This document shows positions 1 through 7,239 of a stretch of DNA of 59,171 bases, piece after piece. The notes beneath the pieces were generated by a model that saw only the letters and a program-made list of their open reading frames with translations, was not told the origin of the DNA and searched no databases. Source of the stretch: a virus (lineage: Duplodnaviria > Caudoviricetes); the IMG/VR virus record IMGVR_UViG_3300027804_000076, positions 1 through 59,171 of that record; one strand, 5' to 3'. Every line of letters begins with the position of its first letter. The first letter of the stretch is position 1. Position numbers and translations under genes: made by a program.

Positions 1-175
1 ACTTGCTCTCCTCCTTGAAGGCTTGCCAAGCAACCTTATACAAAGAGGTTCGGAGCCTGTTGATGTCCTCCTCCTTGAAGGCTTGCCAAGCAACCTTATA
101 TATCGTTGCCTTCAATCGGGCAATCTCTCTGCTCGTAGCGGTGTTGCGCTTGGTCTTCTTCTTGGTGTTAGCCAT
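1..175 (-). CDS. Hypothetical protein with internal 20-aa repeat (3' end runs off window)
   Basis: ATG at 175 overlaps the stop of the upstream ORF; translates MANTKKKTKR...IYKVAWQAFKEEDINRLRTSLYKVAWQAFKEESK; not in the ORF track. Confidence 0.7.
   Translation of the reverse strand, partial: MANTKKKTKRNTATSREIARLKATIYKVAWQAFKEEDINRLRTSLYKVAWQAFKEESK
8..100. repeat. 33-nt exact direct repeat (8-40, 68-100), 60-nt period
   Basis: ctcctccttgaaggcttgccaagcaaccttata occurs twice. Confidence 0.95.
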
Positions 176-440
176 TGTCGGTGTCCTCGCAGGTGTCGCA
201 GGTGTCGTAGTCGGTGTCGTAAACGGGAACGCCGCAGCAGCGGCACGGGTTGAGGTTGTCATCGGACACAGGTGCGTCCTTGCCTGACACAATACCGTAG
301 CAGCGGCGGCACAGGGTTGCGCTCTCGCCCACATTGGCAGACGAGATGTCGCAAGGCAGCGACTCAATCACGCACCGCGCAGCAGGATACAGGCGGCAAC
401 CACAGTCATCACAGTGTTCGTATTCGCACATTTGAGTCAT
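168..440 (-). CDS. Cys-rich (Zn-finger-like) hypothetical protein
   Basis: Several CxxC pairs; AAGGAGA SD upstream. Confidence 0.7.
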   Translation of the reverse strand: MTQMCEYEHCDDCGCRLYPAARCVIESLPCDISSANVGESATLCRRCYGIVSGKDAPVSDDNLNPCRCCGVPVYDTDYDTCDTCEDTDNG

Positions 441-450
441 TCTCCTTTGT

Positions 451-672
451 TTACTTGACCCGTTTCCAACCCCACCCCATCAGGCTGTACCACACGCTGC
501 GGGCAATGATCTTGTCGTAGATGCCGCTCGGCGGAAGGTCGGGGTTGTCGTGGGTGTCGCTGCTCTGAATCAGAATCATGCCGTCTGCGGTGGTAATCAT
601 AGACACCCAATCACACACAGCAGTGCCTCTGTGGGTCAGCACCCACTCTTGTGGCTTGAACACTTCAGGCAT
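451..672 (-). CDS. Hypothetical protein
   Basis: GGAGG SD; overlaps upstream stop; C-terminal ARSVWYSLMGWGW resembles the end of the upstream protein (ARTTWNALLADGW). Confidence 0.7.
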   Translation of the reverse strand: MPEVFKPQEWVLTHRGTAVCDWVSMITTADGMILIQSSDTHDNPDLPPSGIYDKIIARSVWYSLMGWGWKRVK

Positions 673-1486
673 TGTTGCCTCCGTGAGTTCTCACAAGCAC
701 CCAACCGTCAGCGAGAAGCGCGTTCCATGTGGTACGCGCCGCGTCCTTCGTGTACACATCGTCCACATAGGACTCGTCATCGGACGCGAGAGCGATGCGA
801 CCGTCTGCCATCGTATTCATCGTGATGAACAGCCCGTTCTTCACGAAAGTCCATGTTTGCGGCACGAACGGCGCGGGGACGGACTTCACTGCGGCAGTCA
901 CTGCGGCAGCACTACCAAGGTCTTCCGCAAAGAAGTACACGCCCGTAGCGGTGTGCGTGGTGTCACTCTTCAGCACACCGTGGAACGAGTACACCCACTG
1001 CTTCTTGATTGCTTCGTCAAAGCGGTGCTGCGTGAGGTTGGTGGCATCAAAAAACCACCGCTTGTCGTCTGCACTCCACTTCGCGCCCATGCTCTTGGCG
1101 GTGTCCTTGTCCGCGAACGGCACGGCAAGGTACAGGCGGAACGGATACGCGAGGTTGATGTCCGTCAACTTCAGAGCGTTGGGGTTGAACACGGGAGCCT
1201 TGCGCTCACCGCGAATCATTTCGTGCTTGTTGAGCCAATCCACGGTGTCCTGCGTCAGACGGTTCTGCGGCATCCACCACTTGATGTTGCCCTTCGCGGC
1301 AGGGCAGAAACGCGCACCGCGACCCTTCGCTTCGGAGCGAATGGCAGTGCTGCCCTTCGTGCGGAACGGGATGTCAATCCACAGACCGTAGGGCAGTGCG
1401 GACGGGTTCAGCGTGAACGGCGTGTAGGTGGGCATGGGACGGGTGCGGAAACGGCGAACGGGTGCGGTAGGTGAGGCGGTAGCCAT
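665..1486 (-). CDS. Protein with two DUF5710-like domains
   Basis: LWIDIPF..AKGRGARF..KWW and LYLAVPFADKDTAKSMGAKW..KRWF; start moved to ATG 1486 just downstream of the promoter. Confidence 0.75.
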   Translation of the reverse strand: MATASPTAPVRRFRTRPMPTYTPFTLNPSALPYGLWIDIPFRTKGSTAIRSEAKGRGARFCPAAKGNIKWWMPQNRLTQDTVDWLNKHEMIRGERKAPVFNPNALKLTDINLAYPFRLYLAVPFADKDTAKSMGAKWSADDKRWFFDATNLTQHRFDEAIKKQWVYSFHGVLKSDTTHTATGVYFFAEDLGSAAAVTAAVKSVPAPFVPQTWTFVKNGLFITMNTMADGRIALASDDESYVDDVYTKDAARTTWNALLADGWVLVRTHGGNNA

Positions 1487-1494
1487 AGACCACA

Positions 1495-1524
1495 ATTGTA
1501 CTGGAAAACAGGGGTTTTCGTCAA
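1495..1524 (-). promoter_or_regulatory. Early sigma70-type promoter TTGACG-N18-TACAAT
   Basis: Shares TTTCCAGTACAAT with the promoters at 9334 and 11817. Confidence 0.75.
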
Positions 1525-1559
1525 GGGGCACGGCAAACAAGGTCCGATAACTTATTGAA

Positions 1560-1585
1560 AAAACCCCTGTGTTTACAGGGGTTTT
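1560..1585. repeat. Palindrome aaaacccctgt-gttt-acaggggtttt upstream of the early promoter
   Basis: Perfect inverted repeat; half-site acaggggttttcg repeated inside the promoter spacer. Confidence 0.75.
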
Positions 1586-1610
1586 CGGGGGTGCAGGAAT
1601 CTGCAATATT

Positions 1611-2204
1611 TTACTGGTGAATCATGGATCCGCGCTGCACAGACAGCACCGACCCTTCATCAAAGGAACGCCACTCGCCCTTCTCAATGTCAAACACCAC
1701 CACCGTCCACTGCGACTTCTGGCGACCCGTTCCCTTCGGGTGCTTGTCCTGCGGGATCGCGTTCATGTTGCGGGTGCAGTGCATGGTGCGCTCCGTGCCG
1801 TCCTTCTTCTTGAAGACCACGGTAACGGTTTCTCCCGCGCTCAAGTACTGCTCCGCGAGAACTGCGAGGTGATTGGGAATGCGAACGGGTTCGGTTGTGG
1901 TCACGGGAATCTCCTTGTTGAAAACATCGGGGTAACGCTCGGTAATGCTGAAGTCCATTGGGTAGTGCTTGGACAGGCGGTGTGCGCGTTGGCGGATTGC
2001 CTTCGGCACACGGGGGGTCACGGACGGGTCAAGCAGATCGTACAGGAACCGCCGCACGGCTTGCAGACTGCGAACTTCTTCGTATGGGAGTGTCATGCGT
2101 TCTTCCTTTTCGGATTGGGCTAATCGCTGAAGTGTGGTTTTGAAACGAGCGTTCACCCGCTTCATGGTTTCAAGCATTTCTTGATCCCGTGGATCAAATG
2201 TCAT
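1611..2204 (-). CDS. Hypothetical protein with C-terminal WYL/SH3-like (DUF2693-type) domain
   Basis: VTVVFKKKDGTERTMHCT...VVFDIEKGEWRSF motif typical of T4-like phages; start reassigned to MTFDPR. Confidence 0.7.
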   Translation of the reverse strand: MTFDPRDQEMLETMKRVNARFKTTLQRLAQSEKEERMTLPYEEVRSLQAVRRFLYDLLDPSVTPRVPKAIRQRAHRLSKHYPMDFSITERYPDVFNKEIPVTTTEPVRIPNHLAVLAEQYLSAGETVTVVFKKKDGTERTMHCTRNMNAIPQDKHPKGTGRQKSQWTVVVFDIEKGEWRSFDEGSVLSVQRGSMIHQ

Positions 2205-2631
2205 GGTCTTCTCTCTTGTACGGCTCGTAGTCGTGCGCCTCTGCGTGTTCCGCGCACAGGGTGCGTAGCCAGAATACACCCTTCCTGCAATGCAGCCCAC
2301 CCGATGAGCCACATAGTTCACAGGTCTGTGCGCTCTTGCGCTCTGCATCCAAAATGAAACGGAAGATGGGATCGTCTGCGCCGCACACATAGAACCGCAG
2401 CGTTCCGAACTTCTCCTTGATCTGGTCAATCTGAAATCCGTAGTCGGGATCGCGGAACCCTGCGGCGTACTTCTCTCCGAGGTGGGCTTCAATCTTTTGC
2501 AGCAGTTCCTCCACGATGGCGTTCCATCCTGGACCGAACTCAAGTCCAAAAGTCATGCAGCAACCCTCGCGCTCAAAGCACAGGGGGAACCGCGTCTTCC
2601 ACTCTTCGTAAACAGTGTTCTGGTCTTTCAT
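2194..2631 (-). CDS. Conserved phage hypothetical protein
   Basis: GW...QIKEKFGTLRFY...CELCG motif; GGAGG SD. Confidence 0.75.
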   Translation of the reverse strand: MKDQNTVYEEWKTRFPLCFEREGCCMTFGLEFGPGWNAIVEELLQKIEAHLGEKYAAGFRDPDYGFQIDQIKEKFGTLRFYVCGADDPIFRFILDAERKSAQTCELCGSSGGLHCRKGVFWLRTLCAEHAEAHDYEPYKREDHDI

Positions 2632-2633
2632 GT

Positions 2634-3107
2634 TCACGCCTCCAGTGCGTATTGGGTGTTGTGTTCGTAGGGACACTGATACACCTTGTTTTGCGTTTTA
2701 ATTGACTTGATGGCATCAGAGATCGCGGAGTGAATGTACTCCTGCGTGAGTTCGGTGCTGTCCGTTTCTGCCCGCAGCATTTCCTCCCGTTCGTCACGGA
2801 ACTGAATAGCCAGCCCAAGCAGCACCGTGCGAATGCGCTGCTCCGTTGCGGAGAGCATTAGACGCTGAACGAACGGAAAGCGCGGTTCGTCCACACGGGC
2901 GTTCCAATCACGCCGCGCAAAGTCTTCGGACATCATGCTGACCTTGGAGAAATTATTGATCTCCTCAAACGAATTGGAGTACGAGCCGTCAAACAGCACC
3001 ACGATCACCTGACCGCGATACAGAAAGTAGCCCACGCCGATGTTGCCGTCCTTGCTGAACAGGTAGTGCTGCCGCGTGAGCAGGGCGGTGTTGAGTGTTT
3101 GATTCAT
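2634..3107 (-). CDS. Hypothetical protein
   Basis: ORF; ATG 6 nt below the -10 box TATACT. Confidence 0.65.
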   Translation of the reverse strand: MNQTLNTALLTRQHYLFSKDGNIGVGYFLYRGQVIVVLFDGSYSNSFEEINNFSKVSMMSEDFARRDWNARVDEPRFPFVQRLMLSATEQRIRTVLLGLAIQFRDEREEMLRAETDSTELTQEYIHSAISDAIKSIKTQNKVYQCPYEHNTQYALEA

Positions 3108-3113
3108 GCCCAA

Positions 3114-3141
3114 AGTATACCACTTCGTATTTTTGAAGCAA
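3114..3141 (-). promoter_or_regulatory. Promoter TTGCTT-N16-(TGG)TATACT, extended -10, leaderless
   Basis: Matches the architecture of the promoter at 5620-5647. Confidence 0.6.
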
Positions 3142-3173
3142 GCACCGCGAATATTTGTTTTGTCTAGTTTGCC

Positions 3174-3201
3174 AAAAGAAAAAGAGAGCGTTTCCGCTCT
3201 C
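3174..3201 (-). terminator. Rho-independent terminator
   Basis: GAGAGCG-GAAA-CGCTCTC hairpin followed by a U-tract on the minus strand. Confidence 0.75.
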
Positions 3202-3233
3202 CTTCCCGATTTAAGTCCTTAAGACGGACTGTA

Positions 3234-3389
3234 TCACTTTACAAGACTGGTGACCGCATTCTCAAGAGCGTGCCACACGAACACGCCGCCCTTGATCGCA
3301 AACGGAAGAATTGCGAAAAAGGCAACGAGGTGCAGGGGGTTCTTCCAGCAGAAGCAACCAGTCACGGGGCAAGAGTTCTTGTTTGACAT
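3234..3389 (-). CDS. Small membrane protein (51 aa)
   Basis: MSNKNSCPVTGCFCWKNPLHLVAFFAILPFAIKGGVFVWHALENAVTSLVK; AAGGAGA SD. Confidence 0.65.
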   Translation of the reverse strand: MSNKNSCPVTGCFCWKNPLHLVAFFAILPFAIKGGVFVWHALENAVTSLVK

Positions 3390-3510
3390 TACAGTGTCTC
3401 CTTGAAAAAAGTCCCTTCGGAATTGAAGGGTGTTGTATCTATGGAAGTCTATGGGCGGTGGGCGGGTTTGCGAATTTCTAAATCTATACTTTACAACGCA
3501 CTATTTAAAT

Positions 3511-3630
3511 GAGTAAGGGGAGCCGCGAACGGCTCCCCTTCTCTGACGGTCAACAGGTAGCGAAGTTCCCGCAACGCATGAGTAGCGTAATCAGTTCGCA
3601 CTGTCTACGGCTACCGCCCCGATGACACTC
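3511..3630 (-). ncRNA. Candidate structured small RNA
   Basis: Late promoter CTAAATA directly upstream; GGTAGC/GCTACC stem, CAGT-GCGA-ACTG tetraloop hairpin, strong 11-bp 3' hairpin. Confidence 0.5.
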
Positions 3631-3634
3631 TTAT

Positions 3635-3940
3635 TTAGCAGTTCCACTTTCTCAAGGACTTATTAATCCGTGAATTTGGATCACGCGCAGTCTTTGAACT
3701 TGTAAGTTTCGCCTTCATGCCCTTCATGCGTGAGCAGAAGGACTTGCGGCGTTTCGCGCTCTTGGAGCCTGGCTTTAGTTTGCTTGGCTTCGTGGTCACT
3801 GCGGTCTGTAGTTTAGAGCCTGGGTTCGCACGGCGGTAGGAAGCCACGCCAGCCGCGTTCAAGCCGCCCTTGGGGTCTTTGCCTTCTTTGCGCTGCCACG
3901 CGGGAGAGGCTTCAGAAATGAATTGTGCGAATCGCTTCAT
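3635..3940 (-). CDS. Small basic late protein (DUF6321-like) with internal-protein-like leader
   Basis: MKRFAQFISE^ASPAWQRKEGKDPKGGLN...RRKSFCSRM...SLRKWNC. Confidence 0.8.
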   Translation of the reverse strand: MKRFAQFISEASPAWQRKEGKDPKGGLNAAGVASYRRANPGSKLQTAVTTKPSKLKPGSKSAKRRKSFCSRMKGMKAKLTSSKTARDPNSRINKSLRKWNC

Positions 3941-3994
3941 GGGTGGTTCCTCAAAAAGATAAGAGCGGCATCTCTGCCGCTCCTATTTATGAGT

Positions 3995-4375
3995 TTACCG
4001 TGCTTTCAGATATCCCCACAACCGCCGCGCATCCGCCTTCCACAGTCGTGCCTCGTACACTGGCGCACAGAACACCATGCGAACACCAATCCGCGTGGTG
4101 TTCGTGGCGGGATCGTACCTGTCGTGGTAGGTGGTGAAACCGTACTGCCGCTGAAACAGTCGCGCCGCCTCAAACAGCCGCTCCACTTCAGGCTGTGGCA
4201 ATTGTGAAAGTAACTCGTTGTTGAATGCGCTTTCGTGAGTCATCACGATCTGCCGTTCGCCCATGAACTTGTGCCGCACTACACGACAAATGGCTATGCC
4301 GTCTGGAGCATCAGACACGATAAAGTAAAACTCGTTGCCTTCACGATCAATCAGTGTGTGCCGCGTTTCGGTCAT
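3995..4375 (-). CDS. Hypothetical protein
   Basis: ATGA overlap with upstream ORF. Confidence 0.65.
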   Translation of the reverse strand: MTETRHTLIDREGNEFYFIVSDAPDGIAICRVVRHKFMGERQIVMTHESAFNNELLSQLPQPEVERLFEAARLFQRQYGFTTYHDRYDPATNTTRIGVRMVFCAPVYEARLWKADARRLWGYLKAR

Positions 4376-4617
4376 TCGTCCTTGCCTTTGCCCCACCCAA
4401 GCGGCGCGGGTGGATCGTATTCAGGGCGGGAGAAATCAGGAACGCGAATGCCCAATGTGGCGGTGAGTTCCTGCAACTCGCGCTCCAGTTCACGCACCAC
4501 ACGCTTCTCCCGCCCAAGGTGGTACTCTAGCATTTCGTTGCGAACACGCAACTCCTCACACTGCGCCTTGAGTGCGCCAATCTCGCCCATGAGCCGTGCG
4601 GCTTGTTCCGTTGTCAT
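4372..4617 (-). CDS. Coiled-coil hypothetical protein
   Basis: MTTEQAARL...; heptad pattern; operon packing. Confidence 0.65.
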   Translation of the reverse strand: MTTEQAARLMGEIGALKAQCEELRVRNEMLEYHLGREKRVVRELERELQELTATLGIRVPDFSRPEYDPPAPLGWGKGKDE

Positions 4618-4624
4618 TGCTTGT

Positions 4625-5092
4625 TCACGCCTTTCGGTTGCGGAAACGGGTAAACAGCGCGGCACACAGGAGTGCGGCTGCGCCACCAGGTGACGGAACG
4701 CACGGATCTTCATCCGCAACACCCGCCACTCCTGCGGTGGGTGACACGGAAAACGGCAGTGCCACGCTCTCCACACGATCAAAGGGCACAGACATGGCAA
4801 ACGCCTGATCCATTGCCGTAAAGGTGTACTGGTGGTGCCCGCCCAAGAACAGGTGGTACACCCAGTAGCCGTCTGCGGTGCCGCTGAACAGGTTGTGCGG
4901 GTACTCCACCCCAACGGTGGGCGCGATCACTGCCGTGCCCGTGGGCGTGGGCTGCGCCAGTGCGCCGTCCCACAGCAGCGGCGTGGTCCACCCCCACCCC
5001 TCGTAGGTGCTGCCTTGGTTCGCGGTTTCAATGATGCGGTTGCCCGTGCCCCACAGGGTGCTGACGGAAACGGTTGCGTTGGTGATGCTCAT
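4625..5092 (-). CDS. PEP-CTERM-like (VPSPG) sorting-signal protein
   Basis: C-terminus VPSPG-GAAALLCAALF-TRFRNRKA = motif + hydrophobic helix + basic tail. Confidence 0.65.
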   Translation of the reverse strand: MSITNATVSVSTLWGTGNRIIETANQGSTYEGWGWTTPLLWDGALAQPTPTGTAVIAPTVGVEYPHNLFSGTADGYWVYHLFLGGHHQYTFTAMDQAFAMSVPFDRVESVALPFSVSPTAGVAGVADEDPCVPSPGGAAALLCAALFTRFRNRKA

Positions 5093-5108
5093 GGTGTAGA
5101 TTTCCTTT

Positions 5109-5498
5109 TCAAGCCTTTCGGGTAGTAATGAGTGCAAACGACCGCTTGCATTCAGGATCAAGGAGTGACAGCGGCTCTTGTAGAGCGTGTGAGGCACGAT
5201 CACGATCCAGCCACTGTGCGCCAATCACGATCTCGTCACCCCCCACGCACGGCAGTGCGCCCACGCAGTCCACCAACCGCACAGGCTGCGGATTCTCGGG
5301 ATCAAGAAACTCGCCCGTGGACACGAACGGTCCGCCCTCAAAGTCAATCATGCCGTGTCCGCCACGCACATAGTGGGAGCGACCCCACAAGATGTACTGA
5401 CGAGTGCCGTCTGGCTGCTCCCCAAGCGGGGACAGCGACCGCACCACGCCGTAGCGTGATGATGTGGTGTACGCAGTGGGAGTGGATTCAGCGGTCAC
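5109..5498 (-). CDS. Hypothetical protein
   Basis: GTG start overlapping upstream stop; MIDFEGGPF motif. Confidence 0.55.
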   Translation of the reverse strand: MTAESTPTAYTTSSRYGVVRSLSPLGEQPDGTRQYILWGRSHYVRGGHGMIDFEGGPFVSTGEFLDPENPQPVRLVDCVGALPCVGGDEIVIGAQWLDRDRASHALQEPLSLLDPECKRSFALITTRKA

Positions 5499-5613
5499 GG
5501 GACGGAGCCTCGCCAACAAAGATGTCCCACAGGTACGAGCCGCACACGGCAAGCAGAAGAAGGGACGAGATGAGAAGCACAAACGGCATGGTTGCTAGTA
5601 GGAGTCTTTCCAT
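5488..5613 (-). CDS. Small membrane peptide (41 aa), leaderless
   Basis: MERLLLATMPFVLLISSLLLLAVCGSYLWDIFVGEAPSRDR; ATG 6 nt after TATACT. Confidence 0.55.
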   Translation of the reverse strand: MERLLLATMPFVLLISSLLLLAVCGSYLWDIFVGEAPSRDR

Positions 5614-5619
5614 GCACAC

Positions 5620-5647
5620 AGTATAGCACCCCCTGCGCGGCGCACAA
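5620..5647 (-). promoter_or_regulatory. Promoter TTGTGC-N16-(TGC)TATACT, extended -10
   Basis: Consensus match. Confidence 0.6.
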
Positions 5648-5682
5648 GGGGTGTGGGCGGGTTTACCTTTATTTCAATGCGC

Positions 5683-5805
5683 TCAATATTTGCGGGAGTC
5701 GCGCACCATGCACCACACGCCCCATGCAGCAATTCCTAATCCCGCAAGACCACACACGGTAATGGCTGCAAACACCAGAGGATGGGCGGCGACCGCGGTA
5801 GGCAT
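5683..5805 (-). CDS. Small membrane peptide (40 aa)
   Basis: MPTAVAAHPLVFAAITVCGLAGLGIAAWGVWCMVRDSRKY; CTACATA at 5814-5820. Confidence 0.5.
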   Translation of the reverse strand: MPTAVAAHPLVFAAITVCGLAGLGIAAWGVWCMVRDSRKY

Positions 5806-5847
5806 GGTACGGGTATGTAGGGCGTGGGAGTGCTGCATGGGGAGGTA

Positions 5848-5953
5848 GGAGTCCCAATATTTGAAAACTGTGGGAGGGGCAGGGGAGGCTCCAATATTTG
5901 AAAACTGTGTGGGGGAGGAGTCCCACGGTGATTTTTTGAAAACGAATTGTGGA
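5848..5953. repeat. Iteron-like direct repeats in G-rich non-coding DNA
   Basis: ccaatatttgaaaactgtg at 5854-5872 and 5891-5909, plus a degenerate third copy. Confidence 0.85.
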
Positions 5954-6051
5954 TTTTGGTCGGAGGTGCTAACGCGCCCCCTAAACCCCCACACCCTTTC
6001 GTCTGGCACTGTTCTCCGACAGTGCGTCCCCGTGCGCGAACTGTAGAAATG

Positions 6052-6088
6052 AAAAAGCCCCCTGATCGTGCGTAGGCGACCAGGGGGC
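6052..6088 (-). terminator. Terminator downstream of tRNA-Leu
   Basis: GCCCCCTG...CAGGGGGC followed by TTTTTC. Confidence 0.75.
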
Positions 6089-6091
6089 GTT

Positions 6092-6142
6092 GCAGATAAG
6101 GCGCGAACGAATCGCGTCAGTGGGCGAACCACTAGTCTCTGC
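6092..6142 (-). ncRNA. Candidate three-way-junction small RNA
   Basis: GCAGA/TCTGC closing stem encloses AGTGG-TTCGC-CCACT and CGCGA-TTCGT-TCGCG hairpins; lies between CTAAATA and the terminator. Confidence 0.45.
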
Positions 6143-6154
6143 GTTTTTATTTAG

Positions 6155-6227
6155 TAGCACTGGTGGGAGTCGAACCCACACTGGACCGATTTTGAGTCGG
6201 TTGCCTCTGCCATTGGGCTACAGTGCC
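6155..6227 (-). tRNA. tRNA-Leu(CAA), short variable loop, no encoded CCA
   Basis: Cloverleaf: GGCACTG/CAGTGCT acceptor, ACCGA-CTCAAAA-TCGGT anticodon arm, GTGGG-TTCGACT-CCCAC T-arm. Confidence 0.9.
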
Positions 6228-6236
6228 GCGTGTGTG

Positions 6237-6398
6237 TTAGTCCGCGTCCTCGTACTCGTCTTCGTCCTCCCATTCGTCCTCGTCAGCGGGACGCTTGGTT
6301 TCGCGGGGGTCTGCGTCTGAGCGAATGGAATTTGCGAATTCGTCCCAATCAATGGAGTCGTCACGGAGGTCAGCGTCACAGATGAGCAGTCGGGGCAT
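6237..6398 (-). CDS. Small, very acidic protein (53 aa)
   Basis: MPRLLICDADLRDDSIDWDEF...DEDEWEDEDEYEDAD; AAGGA SD. Confidence 0.6.
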   Translation of the reverse strand: MPRLLICDADLRDDSIDWDEFANSIRSDADPRETKRPADEDEWEDEDEYEDAD

Positions 6399-6411
6399 GA
6401 TTTTTTTCCTT

Positions 6412-6621
6412 TTAGCGGGTGGTGCGAACAGGCACGGCGTTGGAGCCGTCCCCGATGATGCGAAAAACAGTGGTGGAGCCGTTGCGGAAGCCCACTACGA
6501 GTTCACTGCCGTACACTACGGCGGTCTGAGCGTCACGGGCGGCAGTGCACAGGGGCGAATTCCACCCACTGCGCCACAGCAGCACTGATCCGTTACGAAT
6601 TGTTGCGTACACTTGCGTCAT
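6412..6621 (-). CDS. Hypothetical beta-rich protein
   Basis: MTQVYATIRNG...; fills the space between the tRNAs. Confidence 0.6.
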   Translation of the reverse strand: MTQVYATIRNGSVLLWRSGWNSPLCTAARDAQTAVVYGSELVVGFRNGSTTVFRIIGDGSNAVPVRTTR

Positions 6622-6635
6622 TTTGTGCCTTTCAG

Positions 6636-6709
6636 CGTCCTCGGCGGGACTTGAACCCACAACCTGCCGCTTAGAAGGCGGCTGCACTGTCCGATTGTGC
6701 TACGAGGAC
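6636..6709 (-). tRNA. tRNA-Arg(TCT), no encoded CCA
   Basis: GTCCTCG/CGAGGAC acceptor, GCCGC-CTTCTAA-GCGGC anticodon arm, GTGGG-TTCAAGT-CCCGC T-arm. Confidence 0.93.
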
Positions 6710-6721
6710 TGATTTTTGCGA

Positions 6722-6943
6722 TTAGTCTGCGCCCTCTGCGCCGCCCCATGTGTCGATCCCACTGATGGGATCCACAAATTCGTGTGAGCCAAGCCCGTAG
6801 TCGGGGGTTCGTGAGCGTGGGCGCACACCCGCAGCGTCCGCAATCTGCCGCAGACGCTCGTTTTCGCGGCGCAGGACGCCGTTTTCGTGCATGAGCAGGG
6901 TGATGCGACCGCGCAGAATCTTGATGGTGGTCATTCCGAGCAT
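6722..6943 (-). CDS. Coiled-coil hypothetical protein
   Basis: CAGGAGA SD before MLGMTT. Confidence 0.6.
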   Translation of the reverse strand: MLGMTTIKILRGRITLLMHENGVLRRENERLRQIADAAGVRPRSRTPDYGLGSHEFVDPISGIDTWGGAEGAD

Positions 6944-6965
6944 TTTTTGAGTCTCCTGTGGGGGT

Positions 6966-7235
6966 TTAGCGAACCGTGTACTGACCATTGGGCGAAACGG
7001 GGGCGGCAAACGGGTTCATTTCAGCCGAAATACTCTGGTTTGCGTTCGTGGACGCGCGGATCTGGTAGTTGTTGTCCGCGTGTCCCGTGAAATTGGGGTT
7101 GTAGTTGTAACCGTCCGAGCGGTTCTCGTAGGTTTCAGTCGTGCCGTCCGTGTGCTTCACGGTGCGGGTGATGTGGGTGCGGGTGTAGCAGCCACAGAGC
7201 GGGAGGGTGAGAGCGAGTAGTGCAGCGATTCGCAT
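6966..7235 (-). CDS. Putative lipoprotein
   Basis: MRIAALLALTLPLCG-C lipobox-like signal. Confidence 0.65.
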   Translation of the reverse strand: MRIAALLALTLPLCGCYTRTHITRTVKHTDGTTETYENRSDGYNYNPNFTGHADNNYQIRASTNANQSISAEMNPFAAPVSPNGQYTVR

Positions 7236-7239
7236 GGGT

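Noticed and set aside
176-222. 9-bp gtgtcgcag-like tandem repeat as a regulatory array
   Set aside because: Explained by the coding sequence YDTDYDTCDTCEDTD
5848-5953. Mini-CRISPR array (repeat contains TTTGAAAAC)
   Set aside because: Only two exact 19-nt copies with an 18-nt G-rich spacer; no palindrome and no cas genes
3511-6154. Hammerhead or HDV/theta ribozyme identity for the two RNA candidates
   Set aside because: No CUGAnGA/GAAA core and no nested double pseudoknot that I could establish by eye
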